Sequence record: OQ721909
Source of the DNA: Escherichia phage vB_VIPECOOM01
Strand: one strand, 5' to 3'
DNA length: 64,000 nt
The translations under genes and the position numbers were made by a program. Position 1 is the first letter of the stretch; each line of letters begins with the position of its first letter. Below, piece by piece: positions 36,134-48,692 of this stretch. The notes under the pieces are model-generated. The model did no database searches. It had not been told where the DNA came from and saw nothing but the letters and a program-made list of their open reading frames with translations.

Positions 36134-36625
36134 ATGTTTGTAGATGATGTAACACGAGCGTTTGAATCTGGTGATTTTGCTCGACCTAACTTATTCCAAG
36201 TAGAAATTTCTTATCTTGGACAAAATTTTACGTTTCAATGTAAAGCCACTGCTTTACCAGCTGGTATTGTAGAAAAAATTCCAGTCGGATTTATGAACCG
36301 TAAAATTAACGTAGCAGGCGATCGTACATTCGATGACTGGACTATTACAGTAATGAATGACGAGGCGCATGATGCACGTCAGAAGTTTGTTGACTGGCAA
36401 AGCATTGCTGCTGGGCAAGGGAACGAAATTACTGGTGGAAAACCAGCAGAGTATAAAAAGAGCGCTATTGTTCGCCAATATGCTCGTGACGCTAAAACTG
36501 TAACAAAAGAAGTCGAAATTAAAGGCCTGTGGCCTACTAACGTGGGTGAACTTCAATTAGATTGGGATTCAAACAATGAAATCCAAACCTTTGAAGTAAC
36601 TCTCGCTCTCGATTATTGGGAATAA
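36134..36625 (+). CDS. 19: Tail tube protein gp19
   Basis: 163 aa, size and order. Confidence 0.9.
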   Translation: MFVDDVTRAFESGDFARPNLFQVEISYLGQNFTFQCKATALPAGIVEKIPVGFMNRKINVAGDRTFDDWTITVMNDEAHDARQKFVDWQSIAAGQGNEITGGKPAEYKKSAIVRQYARDAKTVTKEVEIKGLWPTNVGELQLDWDSNNEIQTFEVTLALDYWE

Positions 36626-36657
36626 AATGAATGGGGAGAAATCCCCATCCTGCTTAA

Positions 36658-38282
<1,625 letters not shown>

Positions 38283-38283
<1 letters not shown>

Positions 38284-38531
38284 TGGAAGGTTTAATTGAA
38301 GCTATTAAATCAAACGACCTCGTAGCCGCTCGTAAATTCTTTGCTGAAGCCATGGCTGCAAGAACGATTGATTTAATTAAAGAAGAAAAAATCGCTATCG
38401 CTCGTAATTTCTTAATCGAAGGTGAAGAACCTGATGATGAGGATGACGAAGACGAGGATGATGACGAAGATAGCGATGATAAAGACGACAAAAAAGACAA
38501 AGACTCTGACGAAGACGAGGATGATGAATAA
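38283..38531 (+). CDS. 67: Prohead core protein gp67
   Basis: 82 aa with poly-acidic C-terminal tail ([15 protein letters not shown]). Confidence 0.8.
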
Positions 38532-38956
38532 TGCTTCTGATCCCTGAAACTCATGAATTAGTTCTCGAGAATGTCGAAGCACTTATTCCTGAAGCACAGG
38601 GTCGCTTTGACGAATTGTCTTCTGCTTTAAATAAAGACGATATAAATACAATTATCGAGAATATGCTTGATGATGAAACTGATTTAGCAATTGCATTAGC
38701 TTCTATTAATGAAGATATGCCGCTAAATGAATTCATTGTTAAGCATGTTTCAGCTCGTGGTGAAATTACACGTACTAAAGACCGCAAAACGCGCGAACGT
38801 AATGCATTTCAAACCACTGGGCTGTCTAAAGCAAAACGTAGACAAATTGCTCGCAAAGCTACCAAAACGAAGATTGCCAATCCAGCAGGTCAATCTCGTG
38901 CTCAGCGTAAGCGTAAAAAAGCTCTTAAACGCCGTAAAGCATTAGGATTAAGCTAA
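38531..38956 (+). CDS. 68: Prohead core protein gp68
   Basis: 141 aa, basic C-terminus, size and order. Confidence 0.8.
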   Translation: MLLIPETHELVLENVEALIPEAQGRFDELSSALNKDDINTIIENMLDDETDLAIALASINEDMPLNEFIVKHVSARGEITRTKDRKTRERNAFQTTGLSKAKRRQIARKATKTKIANPAGQSRAQRKRKKALKRRKALGLS

Positions 38957-39594
38957 TGAATGAACCCCAATTACTAATTGAAACTTGGGGTCAACCTGGC
39001 GAAATTATTGATGGTGTGCCAATGCTTGAATCCCACGATGGAAAAGACTTAGGTTTAAAACCTGGTTTATACATCGAAGGAATATTCATGCAAGCGGAAG
39101 TCGTCAATAGAAATAAACGTCTTTATCCAAAACGCATATTAGAAAAAGCGGTAAAAGACTATATCAATGAGCAAGTTTTAACTAAACAAGCTCTCGGAGA
39201 ATTAAATCATCCTCCACGCGCTAATGTTGACCCGATGCAAGCCGCTATCATTATAGAAGATATGTGGTGGAAAGGAAATGACGTATACGGACGAGCTCGT
39301 GTTATTGAAGGTGACCATGGTCCTGGAGATAAATTAGCAGCTAATATTCGTGCCGGATGGATTCCAGGAGTTTCTTCTCGTGGATTAGGTTCATTGACTG
39401 ACACAAATAAAGGTTATCGTATCGTAAACGAAGGATTCAAATTAACTGTAGGTGTTGATGCAGTATGGGGTCCAAGTGCTCCAGATGCATGGGTAACTCC
39501 TAAGGAAATTACCGAATCACAGACGGCGGAAGCCGATACAAGTGCCGATGACGCCTATATGGCTCTCGCAGAGGCCATGAAAAAAGCGTTATAA
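38956..39594 (+). CDS. 21: Prohead core protease gp21
   Basis: 212 aa, size and order. Confidence 0.85.
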   Translation: MNEPQLLIETWGQPGEIIDGVPMLESHDGKDLGLKPGLYIEGIFMQAEVVNRNKRLYPKRILEKAVKDYINEQVLTKQALGELNHPPRANVDPMQAAIIIEDMWWKGNDVYGRARVIEGDHGPGDKLAANIRAGWIPGVSSRGLGSLTDTNKGYRIVNEGFKLTVGVDAVWGPSAPDAWVTPKEITESQTAEADTSADDAYMALAEAMKKAL

Positions 39595-39597
39595 ATA
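39590..39597 (+). promoter_or_regulatory. Late promoter TATAAATA upstream of gene 22
   Basis: Exact motif overlapping the gene 21 stop. Confidence 0.55.
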
Positions 39598-39624
39598 TTA
39601 TTATCTAAACAACAGGACTACAAA

Positions 39625-40434
39625 ATGCTTAAAGAACAACTGATTGCTGAAGCGCAAAAAATTGATGCTTCCGTTGCTCTTGATAGTATTTTCGAATCAG
39701 TTAATATTTCTCCGGAAGCAAAAGAAACTTTCGGCACTGTATTCGAAGCTACCGTCAAGCAGCACGCCGTTAAATTAGCTGAATCTCATATCGCTAAAAT
39801 TGCTGAAAAAGCAGAAGAAGAAGTAGAAAAAAATAAAGAAGAAGCCGAAGAAAAAGCTGAGAAGAAAATCGCTGAGCAAGCTTCTAAATTCATTGACCAT
39901 CTTGCGAAAGAATGGCTCGCTGAAAATAAATTAGCAGTTGATAAAGGCATCAAAGCCGAACTGTTTGAATCCATGCTTGGTGGATTAAAAGAGCTCTTTG
40001 TTGAACACAACGTTGTTGTTCCAGAAGAATCAGTTGATGTTGTGGCTGAAATGGAAGAAGAGCTGCAAGAACATAAAGAAGAATCAGCTCGTCTGTTCGA
40101 AGAACTCAATAAGCGTGACGCATATATCAATTATGTGCAGCGTGAAGTGGCATTGAGCGAAAGTACTAAAGATCTGACTGAGTCTCAAAAAGAAAAAGTC
40201 TCTGCTCTGGTCGAAGGTATGGATTATTCAGATGAATTCTCAAATAAATTGAGTGCCATCGTAGAAATGGTGAAGAAGTCTAATAAAGATGAAAGCACTA
40301 TTACTGAGGGTATAAATACTCCTGATACTGAAGCAGCCGGACTGAATTTCGTCACTGAAGCTGTAGAAGATAAAGCTGCACCTGGTGCAGAAGATATTGT
40401 AAGTGTATATGCGAAAGTCGCATCTCGTTTCTAA
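39625..40434 (+). CDS. 22: Prohead core scaffold protein gp22
   Basis: 269 aa, glutamate/lysine-rich helical protein, size and order. Confidence 0.85.
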   Translation: MLKEQLIAEAQKIDASVALDSIFESVNISPEAKETFGTVFEATVKQHAVKLAESHIAKIAEKAEEEVEKNKEEAEEKAEKKIAEQASKFIDHLAKEWLAENKLAVDKGIKAELFESMLGGLKELFVEHNVVVPEESVDVVAEMEEELQEHKEESARLFEELNKRDAYINYVQREVALSESTKDLTESQKEKVSALVEGMDYSDEFSNKLSAIVEMVKKSNKDESTITEGINTPDTEAAGLNFVTEAVEDKAAPGAEDIVSVYAKVASRF

Positions 40435-40452
40435 TTTTAAAGGTTAACACAA

Positions 40453-42018
40453 ATGACTATCAAAACTAAAGCTGAACTTTTGAACAAATGGAAGCCATTA
40501 CTGGAAGGTGAAGGTTTACCGGAAATTGCTAATAGCAAACAAGCGATTATCGCTAAAATCTTTGAAAACCAGGAAAAAGATTTCCAGACAGCTCCAGAGT
40601 ACAAAGACGAAAAAATCGCTCAGGCGTTCGGTTCTTTCTTAACAGAAGCTGAAATCGGTGGTGACCACGGTTACAATGCTACTAACATCGCTGCAGGTCA
40701 GACTTCTGGCGCAGTAACTCAGATTGGCCCAGCTGTTATGGGTATGGTACGTCGTGCTATTCCTAACCTGATTGCTTTCGATATTTGCGGTGTTCAGCCG
40801 ATGAACAGCCCGACCGGTCAGGTATTCGCACTGCGCGCAGTATATGGTAAAGACCCAATCGCTGCCGGCGCTAAAGAAGCATTCCACCCAATGTATGGTC
40901 CAGATGCAATGTTCTCTGGTCAGGGTGCTGCTAAGAAATTCGCTGCTTTGAAAGCAAGTGATACTCTTGAAGTTGGAACTATTTACACCCACTTCTTCCA
41001 GGACACCGGTACTGTATATCTGCAAGCTACAGAAGCTAAACAAATTGATTCCACTGCATCTGACGCAGCTAAATTAGATGCTGAAATTAAGAAACAAATG
41101 GAAGCTGGTGTACTGGTAGAAATCGCTGAAGGTATGGCTACTTCTATCGCTGAACTTCAGGAAGGTTTCAACGGTTCTACCGATAACCCATGGAATGAAA
41201 TGGGCTTCCGTATCGATAAACAAGTTATCGAAGCTAAATCTCGTCAGCTGAAAGCTGCTTACTCTATCGAATTAGCACAAGACCTCCGCGCTGTTCACGG
41301 TATGGATGCTGATGCTGAACTGTCTGGTATTCTGGCTACCGAAATCATGCTGGAAATCAACCGCGAAGTTGTTGATTGGATTAACTACTCAGCTCAGGTT
41401 GGTAAATCTGGTATGACCCTGACTCCGGGTTCTAAAGCTGGTGTATTTGACTTCCAGGATCCGATTGATATTCGTGGTGCTCGCTGGGCGGGTGAATCCT
41501 TTAAAGCTCTGTTGTTCCAGATTGACAAAGAAGCAGTTGAAATTGCTCGTCAGACCGGTCGCGGTGAAGGTAACTTCATTATCGCTTCCCGTAACGTAGT
41601 TAACGTTCTGGCTTCAGTTGATACTGGCATTTCTTATGCTGCACAGGGTCTGGCTACCGGCTTTAACACTGATACTACCAAGTCAGTATTTGCGGGTGTT
41701 CTGGGTGGTAAATACCGTGTATATATCGACCAGTATGCTAAACAGGATTATTTCACTGTAGGTTATAAAGGTCCGAACGAAATGGATGCTGGTATTTACT
41801 ATGCTCCATATGTAGCTCTAACTCCGCTGCGTGGTTCCGATCCGAAGAACTTCCAACCAGTAATGGGATTCAAAACTCGTTACGGTATCGGTATCAACCC
41901 ATTTGCAGAATCCGCTGCTCAGGCTCCGGCTTCTCGCATCCAGAGCGGTATGCCTTCTATTCTGAATAGCCTTGGTAAAAACGCTTACTTTAGACGTGTA
42001 TATGTTAAAGGTATCTAA
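40453..42018 (+). CDS. 23: Major capsid protein gp23
   Basis: 521 aa; N-terminal propeptide with LTEAEIGG protease site; sequence recognised as near-identical to T4 gp23. Confidence 0.95.
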   Translation: MTIKTKAELLNKWKPLLEGEGLPEIANSKQAIIAKIFENQEKDFQTAPEYKDEKIAQAFGSFLTEAEIGGDHGYNATNIAAGQTSGAVTQIGPAVMGMVRRAIPNLIAFDICGVQPMNSPTGQVFALRAVYGKDPIAAGAKEAFHPMYGPDAMFSGQGAAKKFAALKASDTLEVGTIYTHFFQDTGTVYLQATEAKQIDSTASDAAKLDAEIKKQMEAGVLVEIAEGMATSIAELQEGFNGSTDNPWNEMGFRIDKQVIEAKSRQLKAAYSIELAQDLRAVHGMDADAELSGILATEIMLEINREVVDWINYSAQVGKSGMTLTPGSKAGVFDFQDPIDIRGARWAGESFKALLFQIDKEAVEIARQTGRGEGNFIIASRNVVNVLASVDTGISYAAQGLATGFNTDTTKSVFAGVLGGKYRVYIDQYAKQDYFTVGYKGPNEMDAGIYYAPYVALTPLRGSDPKNFQPVMGFKTRYGIGINPFAESAAQAPASRIQSGMPSILNSLGKNAYFRRVYVKGI

Positions 42019-42033
42019 TCTTTGACGATTTAA

Positions 42034-42062
42034 GGGACCTTCGGGTCCCTTTAGTTGTTTTT
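42034..42062 (+). terminator. Rho-independent terminator after gene 23
   Basis: gggacc-ttcg-ggtccc hairpin followed by T-rich run. Confidence 0.7.
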
Positions 42063-42066
42063 ATGG

Positions 42067-42074
42067 TATAAATA
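42067..42074 (+). promoter_or_regulatory. Late promoter TATAAATA upstream of gene 24
   Basis: Exact motif 28 nt before the gene 24 start. Confidence 0.6.
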
Positions 42075-42101
42075 AATCATATAAACCAAAAGGAAAGCGC
42101 A

Positions 42102-43385
42102 ATGGCTAAAATCAACGAACTTCTGCGCGAATCAACCACAACGAATAGCAACTCAATCGGTCGCCCAAATCTCGTTGCTTTGACTCGCGCTACCACTAAA
42201 TTAATATATTCTGACATTGTAGCAACGCAAAGAACTAATCAACCTGTTGCTGCTTTTTATGGTATCAAATACCTTAACCCAGATAACGAATTTACGTTTA
42301 AAACTGGTGCTACTTACGCTGGCGAAGCTGGATATGTAGACCGAGAACAAATCACAGAATTAACAGAAGAGTCTAAATTAACTCTCAATAAAGGCGATTT
42401 ATTCAAATATAATAATATCGTTTATAAAGTATTAGAAGATACACCATTTGCTACCATTGAAGAAAGTGATTTAGAATTAGCTCTTCAGATTGCAATTGTT
42501 CTTTTAAAGGTTCGTCTATTTTCTGACGCAGCGTCAACAAGCAAATTTGAAAGCTCTGATAGTGAAATTGCTGATGCTAGATTCCAGATTAATAAATGGC
42601 AAACCGCGGTTAAATCTCGTAAACTTAAAACTGGCATCACAGTTGAATTAGCACAAGATTTAGAAGCAAATGGATTCGATGCTCCTAATTTCTTGGAAGA
42701 TTTGCTTGCAACTGAAATGGCGGATGAAATCAATAAAGATATTCTACAGTCTTTGATTACAGTATCAAAACGCTATAAAGTTACAGGAATTACTGATACT
42801 GGATTTATTGATTTGAGTTATGCATCTGCGCCTGAAGCTGGTCGTTCATTATACCGAATGGTGTGTGAAATGGTTTCGCATATCCAAAAAGAATCAACTT
42901 ATACTGCAACGTTCTGTGTTGCTTCAGCTCGTGCCGCTGCGATTCTTGCTGCATCAGGTTGGTTAAAACATAAACCAGAAGATGACAAATATCTTTCACA
43001 AAATGCCTACGGGTTCTTAGCTAATGGTTTACCGCTTTATTGCGATACTAACAGCCCATTAGATTATGTAATCGTTGGTGTAGTAGAAAATATCGGTGAA
43101 AAAGAAATTGTTGGATCAATTTTCTATGCTCCGTATACAGAAGGTCTTGACTTAGATGACCCTGAACATGTAGGTGCATTTAAAGTTGTAGTTGATCCAG
43201 AAAGCTTACAACCATCTATCGGTTTATTGGTTAGATATGCTTTATCTGCAAATCCTTACACTGTAGCAAAAGATGAAAAAGAAGCAAGAATAATTGATGG
43301 TGGAGACATGGATAAAATGGCGGGTCGTTCAGATTTGTCTGTTTTATTAGGTGTTAAATTACCAAAAATTATCGTCGATGAATAA
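42102..43385 (+). CDS. 24: Capsid vertex protein gp24
   Basis: 427 aa, paralogous in character to gp23, size and order. Confidence 0.9.
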   Translation: MAKINELLRESTTTNSNSIGRPNLVALTRATTKLIYSDIVATQRTNQPVAAFYGIKYLNPDNEFTFKTGATYAGEAGYVDREQITELTEESKLTLNKGDLFKYNNIVYKVLEDTPFATIEESDLELALQIAIVLLKVRLFSDAASTSKFESSDSEIADARFQINKWQTAVKSRKLKTGITVELAQDLEANGFDAPNFLEDLLATEMADEINKDILQSLITVSKRYKVTGITDTGFIDLSYASAPEAGRSLYRMVCEMVSHIQKESTYTATFCVASARAAAILAASGWLKHKPEDDKYLSQNAYGFLANGLPLYCDTNSPLDYVIVGVVENIGEKEIVGSIFYAPYTEGLDLDDPEHVGAFKVVVDPESLQPSIGLLVRYALSANPYTVAKDEKEARIIDGGDMDKMAGRSDLSVLLGVKLPKIIVDE

Positions 43386-43391
43386 AACAAA

Positions 43392-43412
43392 GGGACCGAA
43401 AGGTCCCTTTTT
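43392..43412. terminator. Bidirectional terminator between convergent gene 24 and rnlB
   Basis: gggacc-gaaa-ggtccc hairpin flanked by A-run upstream and T-run downstream. Confidence 0.7.
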
Positions 43413-43414
43413 AT

Positions 43415-44419
43415 TTAACTTACCAATTCAATCCAAGCCGGACGAAGTACATCTTGTACCATTTTAACTAATTCCTTTTTAATCAAAGAAGGATTATCCG
43501 CTTGAGTTAAAGTAATACCTTCACGAGAAGTTTCTTCCAAAATATCTTGAACAGTTAGTCCCATCACCTTTCCAAAATCCTTTGGACCAATTTCGCCAAT
43601 TTTAGAAATAACGTTATTTACTCGGTTCAGTGTAACGTAGCAAGCTAAAATTCCCAGCAATTTATTATCAGCTTCTGACAGCTCAACTTTAGCTTTAATA
43701 GGCTTATCAGACTTTTTCTTTTCGCTAAATTTAGAGTTCTTGCATTTAATCGCTACACGATTGCCATTAGGCATCCAAGAAGGATAACAAGGTTTCAATA
43801 CATATCCTTCAGCAGTAAATACTTCGCCTTTTGCTTCGGCATTCCAAACGCATTTATTTGCATCAACTAATCCAGCGTGGTCTACCGTAAAATTATAATC
43901 CTGGACGACAGAATCTAAATCATTTGGCAATTTAATAAGGTCTTCAAATTTACCACGACCTAAAAGTGGAGCCATTTTAAATTTAAATGTATTACAGAAT
44001 GATTCCATCATATAATCATCGACATAAGTCACATCACCACTTTCGGTAGTAACAATAATGTCAAATACATAAAAATCTTTATCGCCATAATCGACATTCT
44101 TCTGAATGCCAGGTCCAGCAAATTCACCGAAGACTTGATAAGATACAACTGCTGAAGTTTCCATAATATCTTGTACTGCTTTAATGGAATCAGCATAATT
44201 CTTTAAAATAATTTCATACCCAAAGAAATCTTCAGCAGGAAGAATCAGTCCAGTACGTTTAGCACAAGTTGCTTTATCACGCTCAATAATCAATGAAAAG
44301 TTTGTACCGTGAATCTTTTCACGAGCTACCCATTCGCCACCAGTCAATCCTAAACTGTAAAGTTTTTCAATGAATTTAGAATTGTAATGATTTTCAAGAC
44401 TGCTATACTTTTTAAACAT
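43415..44419 (-). CDS. rnlB: RNA ligase 2
   Basis: 334 aa; nucleotidyl-lysine motif KIHGTN; sequence recognised as T4 Rnl2. Confidence 0.9.
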   Translation of the reverse strand: MFKKYSSLENHYNSKFIEKLYSLGLTGGEWVAREKIHGTNFSLIIERDKATCAKRTGLILPAEDFFGYEIILKNYADSIKAVQDIMETSAVVSYQVFGEFAGPGIQKNVDYGDKDFYVFDIIVTTESGDVTYVDDYMMESFCNTFKFKMAPLLGRGKFEDLIKLPNDLDSVVQDYNFTVDHAGLVDANKCVWNAEAKGEVFTAEGYVLKPCYPSWMPNGNRVAIKCKNSKFSEKKKSDKPIKAKVELSEADNKLLGILACYVTLNRVNNVISKIGEIGPKDFGKVMGLTVQDILEETSREGITLTQADNPSLIKKELVKMVQDVLRPAWIELVS

Positions 44420-44428
44420 AATTAATCC

Positions 44429-44707
44429 TCAAAATGTAATTTCTAACCAATCACCATCACGCTGGTCACTATTGACTTTAAAGCTAAATCCTTCTTTTCT
44501 CAGCCAATCACCAATTTCTTCAGTAATCAATTTATCGCGAGCAGTACAATAATAACTAAAATATGTTTTACCTTGTTCAGCTGCTTTATTAGCAAGTTCC
44601 GAAAAATCTTTAATAAAACACTCTAGTTTAAACTGTTTACTTTTAAGTGCTTTTTCGCGCAATTGATTAGCAAAAGATTCATTTTCATAAAGATCATACT
44701 GTTCCAT
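44429..44707 (-). CDS. Hypothetical protein (24.2 position)
   Basis: 92 aa ORF between rnlB and hoc. Confidence 0.55.
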   Translation of the reverse strand: MEQYDLYENESFANQLREKALKSKQFKLECFIKDFSELANKAAEQGKTYFSYYCTARDKLITEEIGDWLRKEGFSFKVNSDQRDGDWLEITF

Positions 44708-44909
44708 TTTTCACCTTTTTATTAATATGTCTTTTTCTATAGACAACTTTTTCTCGAGTCTCAAATTTATTCTTAGCAGTCATAGCTCGAGCCCATAATA
44801 CAGCCACTTCCTTTGCCTGTAAGTTCAATTCACGAGCAATTTCAATGAATGACTTTCCAGACTCATGGAGTGTAAACACCACAACCTCAGTTCTCATAAT
44901 CAATCTCAT
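44694..44909 (-). CDS. Small HTH-like hypothetical protein (24.3 position)
   Basis: 71 aa, helix-turn-helix-like segment SGKSFIEIARELNLQAKEVAVLWA. Confidence 0.5.
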   Translation of the reverse strand: MRLIMRTEVVVFTLHESGKSFIEIARELNLQAKEVAVLWARAMTAKNKFETREKVVYRKRHINKKVKNGTV

Positions 44910-44977
44910 GTTATCGAGTTGGTGCCATTATATACATCGTTTTCTGACTATGTTTTGCGTGCTTTCAAAATGAAGAA

Positions 44978-44993
44978 AGGGGCCGAAGCCCCT
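44978..44993 (-). terminator. Terminator hairpin after hoc
   Basis: AGGGGC-CGAA-GCCCCT followed on minus strand by UUUCUUCAUUUU. Confidence 0.6.
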
Positions 44994-44997
44994 GAGA

Positions 44998-46128
44998 TTA
45001 TGGATAGGTATAGATGATACCAGTTTCTAAAGCAGTTTTATGAATGATGTATCCATTACGCGATTCTTGAACATCAACTTCCGGATAGTCTTTCATCATC
45101 TTCTGAAGAGTGTAACGATGCAAGTAGTACTTACTATCTGGGTCGTCAGTTTTCCAATCTTTACCTTCTTCAGTCATTTTTTGGATTTCATCCATAACCC
45201 ACCAACCGCACCAGATATAAGCTGAAGTACGATGTGGAAGAGGATGAACATAAGGTAATTCACCTTCTGGTTCCGGAGCAACTTTATCAGTTACCTGAAC
45301 TTGACCTGTTGTTTTAACTGTTTTGCTATCATAGTCAGTTGCTGTAACGACAGCAGTAACTTCAATAGTTTGACTTCCAACAGATGAGGTATCGATAGTA
45401 TATACGTTAGTTGACCCTTCTACAGGAGAAGAATCTTTCTTCCATGAGTAAGTAATTTGTGCTGCGTCAGGTGCGCCAGTAACATTAGCAGTAAATGTAG
45501 CCGAAGCATCTTGCTGAACGTTAATAGAAGGAGGAGTCAATGTAACCTGTGGATTCATTGTCTTCTTATTAACCGTCAATGATACTTCATTAGAAGTAAC
45601 TTCCTTTGCATCATAATCTGTCGCGGTTACTTGAGCTACGCATTTAATTCTTTTTACTCCACTTGTAGTTGGAGTATAGCTAAATGTAGCGGAAGTTGCT
45701 TCACTAACAGGAGAATCATCTACATGCCACTGATATGTAGCAGATGCACCTGATGGTTGAGAAGCTAAGACAGCAGTAAATTCAACAGGAGTTCCAATTA
45801 CTCCAGCAGCAGGACTAGCAGGAGTTACAGCTAAGGTAGTTGTCTGTGTCTTATTTTGAACTGTGATAGTTGTAGAAGCTTCTGCTGTTTCAGCCTCAGC
45901 TTCTGGAACTGTGTTTGTTGCAACTACTTTAATAGTCTTTTGACCGGCAGGTCCTTTTAGTACATAACTAAAAGTTGCTTCAGTTCCATCTTGTGGAACA
46001 TCATCTACAGTCCAAGCATAGGTAATAGTTCCACCTCCAGTTTCACCACTGGGTGTAGCAGTAAACTGCTGAGTCTGATCTATAACTCCAGTAGGTGTTT
46101 TAGGAGTTATATCAACTGTAAAAGCCAT
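44998..46128 (-). CDS. hoc: Highly immunogenic outer capsid protein Hoc
   Basis: 376 aa, T/S/V-rich Ig-like repeats, size and position. Confidence 0.85.
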   Translation of the reverse strand: MAFTVDITPKTPTGVIDQTQQFTATPSGETGGGTITYAWTVDDVPQDGTEATFSYVLKGPAGQKTIKVVATNTVPEAEAETAEASTTITVQNKTQTTTLAVTPASPAAGVIGTPVEFTAVLASQPSGASATYQWHVDDSPVSEATSATFSYTPTTSGVKRIKCVAQVTATDYDAKEVTSNEVSLTVNKKTMNPQVTLTPPSINVQQDASATFTANVTGAPDAAQITYSWKKDSSPVEGSTNVYTIDTSSVGSQTIEVTAVVTATDYDSKTVKTTGQVQVTDKVAPEPEGELPYVHPLPHRTSAYIWCGWWVMDEIQKMTEEGKDWKTDDPDSKYYLHRYTLQKMMKDYPEVDVQESRNGYIIHKTALETGIIYTYP

Positions 46129-46137
46129 AAGTTATCC

Positions 46138-46818
46138 TTATTTTAATGTTACGAAAGAAGAGTTGCGTGTTTCACGAATTAAAACTGATCCGTCACGGTT
46201 AATGTAGTAAATTAAGCTAAATAAAGTTTGATGTGCCGACGCGTGTTCAAAACTAGTTGGGTGAGATTTCCAATCCGGAGTTTCAGCAATCCACTGGTAA
46301 ATCCACCAAGGAACAGTGCAGAATCCTGGATTTTTTCCAATCAGCTGAAGATTCGGACTAAAGTTTTCCGGAAGAGTAAATACAGACGGCTTTTCAGATT
46401 CAATAATCTCAGCTACGGCCTGCTCGAATTTTTCTTCAACAAAAGGAGTATCTTCAATCAAAACATCGGTATTTTCAGGAATTTTATCCGTTTCTACTAC
46501 TTCAATTTTAATGTCAGATTTAAGTGGAGAATCAATCAGAAGTGCTGCTTCTGGATTGACTTCTTCATCGTCATATTTTAATCCCTCTGCAGCATCAGCA
46601 GCATTAATTAAGTCTTTAATAGATAACCCATCAGTCTCTGGCATAGGTTCACTAGCGAGCTTCTGGAGGGCTTCTTCAATATCAATAACGATATTATCAA
46701 AAGATTTATTCTTTTTGACCTTTATACCAAACTGTTCAGCATATTCAGCTAATTTAGCTTTAGCTTCTTTATTATCATCAAGAGCCTTCAGCTCTGCAAT
46801 ATAATCTTTATCTATCAT
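46138..46818 (-). CDS. inh: Inhibitor of prohead protease Inh
   Basis: 226 aa, size and position between hoc and uvsW. Confidence 0.8.
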   Translation of the reverse strand: MIDKDYIAELKALDDNKEAKAKLAEYAEQFGIKVKKNKSFDNIVIDIEEALQKLASEPMPETDGLSIKDLINAADAAEGLKYDDEEVNPEAALLIDSPLKSDIKIEVVETDKIPENTDVLIEDTPFVEEKFEQAVAEIIESEKPSVFTLPENFSPNLQLIGKNPGFCTVPWWIYQWIAETPDWKSHPTSFEHASAHQTLFSLIYYINRDGSVLIRETRNSSFVTLK

Positions 46819-46831
46819 AATATTTCCTCAG

Positions 46832-46839
46832 TATAAATA
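46832..46839 (+). promoter_or_regulatory. Late promoter TATAAATA upstream of uvsW
   Basis: Exact motif 30 nt before the uvsW start. Confidence 0.55.
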
Positions 46840-46868
46840 TAGATATATTTATTACATGGTATTTAGAC

Positions 46869-48380
46869 ATGACTGACATTAAAGTACATTTTTATGATTT
46901 TAGTCACGTGAGAATTGATTGTGAAGAAAGTACATTTCATGAACTCCGTGATTTCTTTAGCTTTGAAGCTGATGGGTATCGTTTTAATCCGAAGTACAAA
47001 TATGGCCACTGGGATGGACGAATCCGTCTTTTAGATTATAATCGCCTTCTTCCATTTGGCTTAGTCGGGCAAATTAAAAAGTTCTGCGATAACTTTGGCT
47101 ATAAAGCTTGGATTGACCCACAAATTAACGAAAAAGAAGAATTATCAAGAAAAGATTTTGATGAATGGCTTTCTAAATTAGAAATCTATTCAGGAAATAA
47201 AAGAATTGAACCGCATTGGTATCAAAAAGATGCAGTGTTCGAAGGATTAGTTAATCGTCGTAGAATTCTTAATCTTCCAACATCCGCAGGTAAATCTTTA
47301 ATTCAAGCTTTGCTTGCACGTTATTATTTGGAAAATTATGAAGGTAAAATTCTTATCATTGTTCCAACAACTGCTTTAACAACTCAGATGGCTGATGACT
47401 TTGTTGACTATCGTTTATTCAGTCATGCAATGATAAAGAAAATCGGCGGTGGAGCATCAAAAGATGATAAATATAAAAATGATGCACCGGTAATTGTTGG
47501 TACATGGCAAACTGTAGTAAAACAACCGAAAGAATGGTTCTCACAGTTTGGAATGATGATGAATGATGAATGCCATCTTGCCACAGGAAAAAGTATTTCA
47601 TCTATCATATCAGGTTTAAATAACTGCATGTTTAAATTTGGTCTATCAGGTTCATTGCGTGATGGCAAAGCTAATATCATGCAGTATGTTGGAATGTTTG
47701 GTGAAATATTTAAGCCAGTAACGACTTCTAAATTAATGGAAGATGGACAAGTAACTGAGTTAAAAATTAATAGTATTTTTCTTCGCTATCCCGATGAGTT
47801 CACTACTAAATTAAAGGGAAAAACTTACCAAGAAGAAATAAAAATTATTACTGGGCTCAGTAAAAGAAATAAATGGATCGCTAAATTAGCTATTAAACTT
47901 GCACAAAAAGATGAAAACGCTTTTGTCATGTTTAAGCATGTATCACATGGTAAAGCTATTTTCGATTTAATTAAAAATGAATACGATAAAGTTTATTACG
48001 TATCAGGAGAAGTTGATACCGAAACACGCAACGTAATGAAAACCCTAGCTGAAAACGGTAAAGGAATAATTATAGTAGCTAGTTATGGTGTATTTTCTAC
48101 TGGTATTTCAGTTAAAAATCTGCATCACGTTGTTTTAGCGCACGGTGTTAAATCTAAAATTATTGTATTGCAAACAATAGGTCGCGTATTACGTAAGCAT
48201 GGTTCTAAAACAATCGCAACGGTCTGGGACCTCATTGATGATTGTGGCGTCAAGCCAAAATCTGCTAATACGAAAAAGAAATACGTTCATTTGAACTATC
48301 TTTTAAAACACGGCATTGATCGTATTCAGCGCTACGCAGATGAAAAATTTAATTACGTAATGAAAACAGTTAATTTATAA
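46869..48380 (+). CDS. uvsW: UvsW RNA-DNA and DNA-DNA helicase
   Basis: 503 aa; helicase motif I NLPTSAGKS; DECH box MMNDECHLAT. Confidence 0.9.
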   Translation: MTDIKVHFYDFSHVRIDCEESTFHELRDFFSFEADGYRFNPKYKYGHWDGRIRLLDYNRLLPFGLVGQIKKFCDNFGYKAWIDPQINEKEELSRKDFDEWLSKLEIYSGNKRIEPHWYQKDAVFEGLVNRRRILNLPTSAGKSLIQALLARYYLENYEGKILIIVPTTALTTQMADDFVDYRLFSHAMIKKIGGGASKDDKYKNDAPVIVGTWQTVVKQPKEWFSQFGMMMNDECHLATGKSISSIISGLNNCMFKFGLSGSLRDGKANIMQYVGMFGEIFKPVTTSKLMEDGQVTELKINSIFLRYPDEFTTKLKGKTYQEEIKIITGLSKRNKWIAKLAIKLAQKDENAFVMFKHVSHGKAIFDLIKNEYDKVYYVSGEVDTETRNVMKTLAENGKGIIIVASYGVFSTGISVKNLHHVVLAHGVKSKIIVLQTIGRVLRKHGSKTIATVWDLIDDCGVKPKSANTKKKYVHLNYLLKHGIDRIQRYADEKFNYVMKTVNL

Positions 48381-48393
48381 GGGCTCCGGCCCT

Positions 48394-48636
48394 TTGGAGA
48401 AAAAGATGTTACTAGAATTTAAACAATTTCTTTATGAAGCTTCTATTGATGAATTTATGGGTAAAATTGCCTCTTGCCAAACATTAGAAGGTCTAGAAGA
48501 ACTTGAAGCTTATTATAAGAAAAGAGTTAAAGAAACTGAATTAAAAGATACTGATGACATCTCTGTGAGAGATGCTTTGGCAGGAAAAAGAGCTGAATTA
48601 GAAGATTCAGACGATGAAGTAGAAGAAAGCTTTTAA
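48394..48636 (+). CDS. uvsW.1: UvsW.1 small protein
   Basis: 80 aa acidic ORF directly after uvsW. Confidence 0.7.
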   Translation: MEKKMLLEFKQFLYEASIDEFMGKIASCQTLEGLEELEAYYKKRVKETELKDTDDISVRDALAGKRAELEDSDDEVEESF

Positions 48637-48646
48637 ATTAAAAAAA

Positions 48647-48669
48647 GGCCCAACCAAAAAGGAAGGGCC
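48647..48669 (-). terminator. Weak terminator candidate
   Basis: ggccc/gggcc stem with 13-nt loop, followed by UUUUUU on the minus strand. Confidence 0.35.
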
Positions 48670-48692
48670 AAAACTATAGACTAAAGGTCACA

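Noticed and set aside
39786-40130. 114-aa Ser-rich ORF antisense within gene 22
   Set aside because: Antisense to the Glu/Lys-rich scaffold gene; composition-driven and without start context
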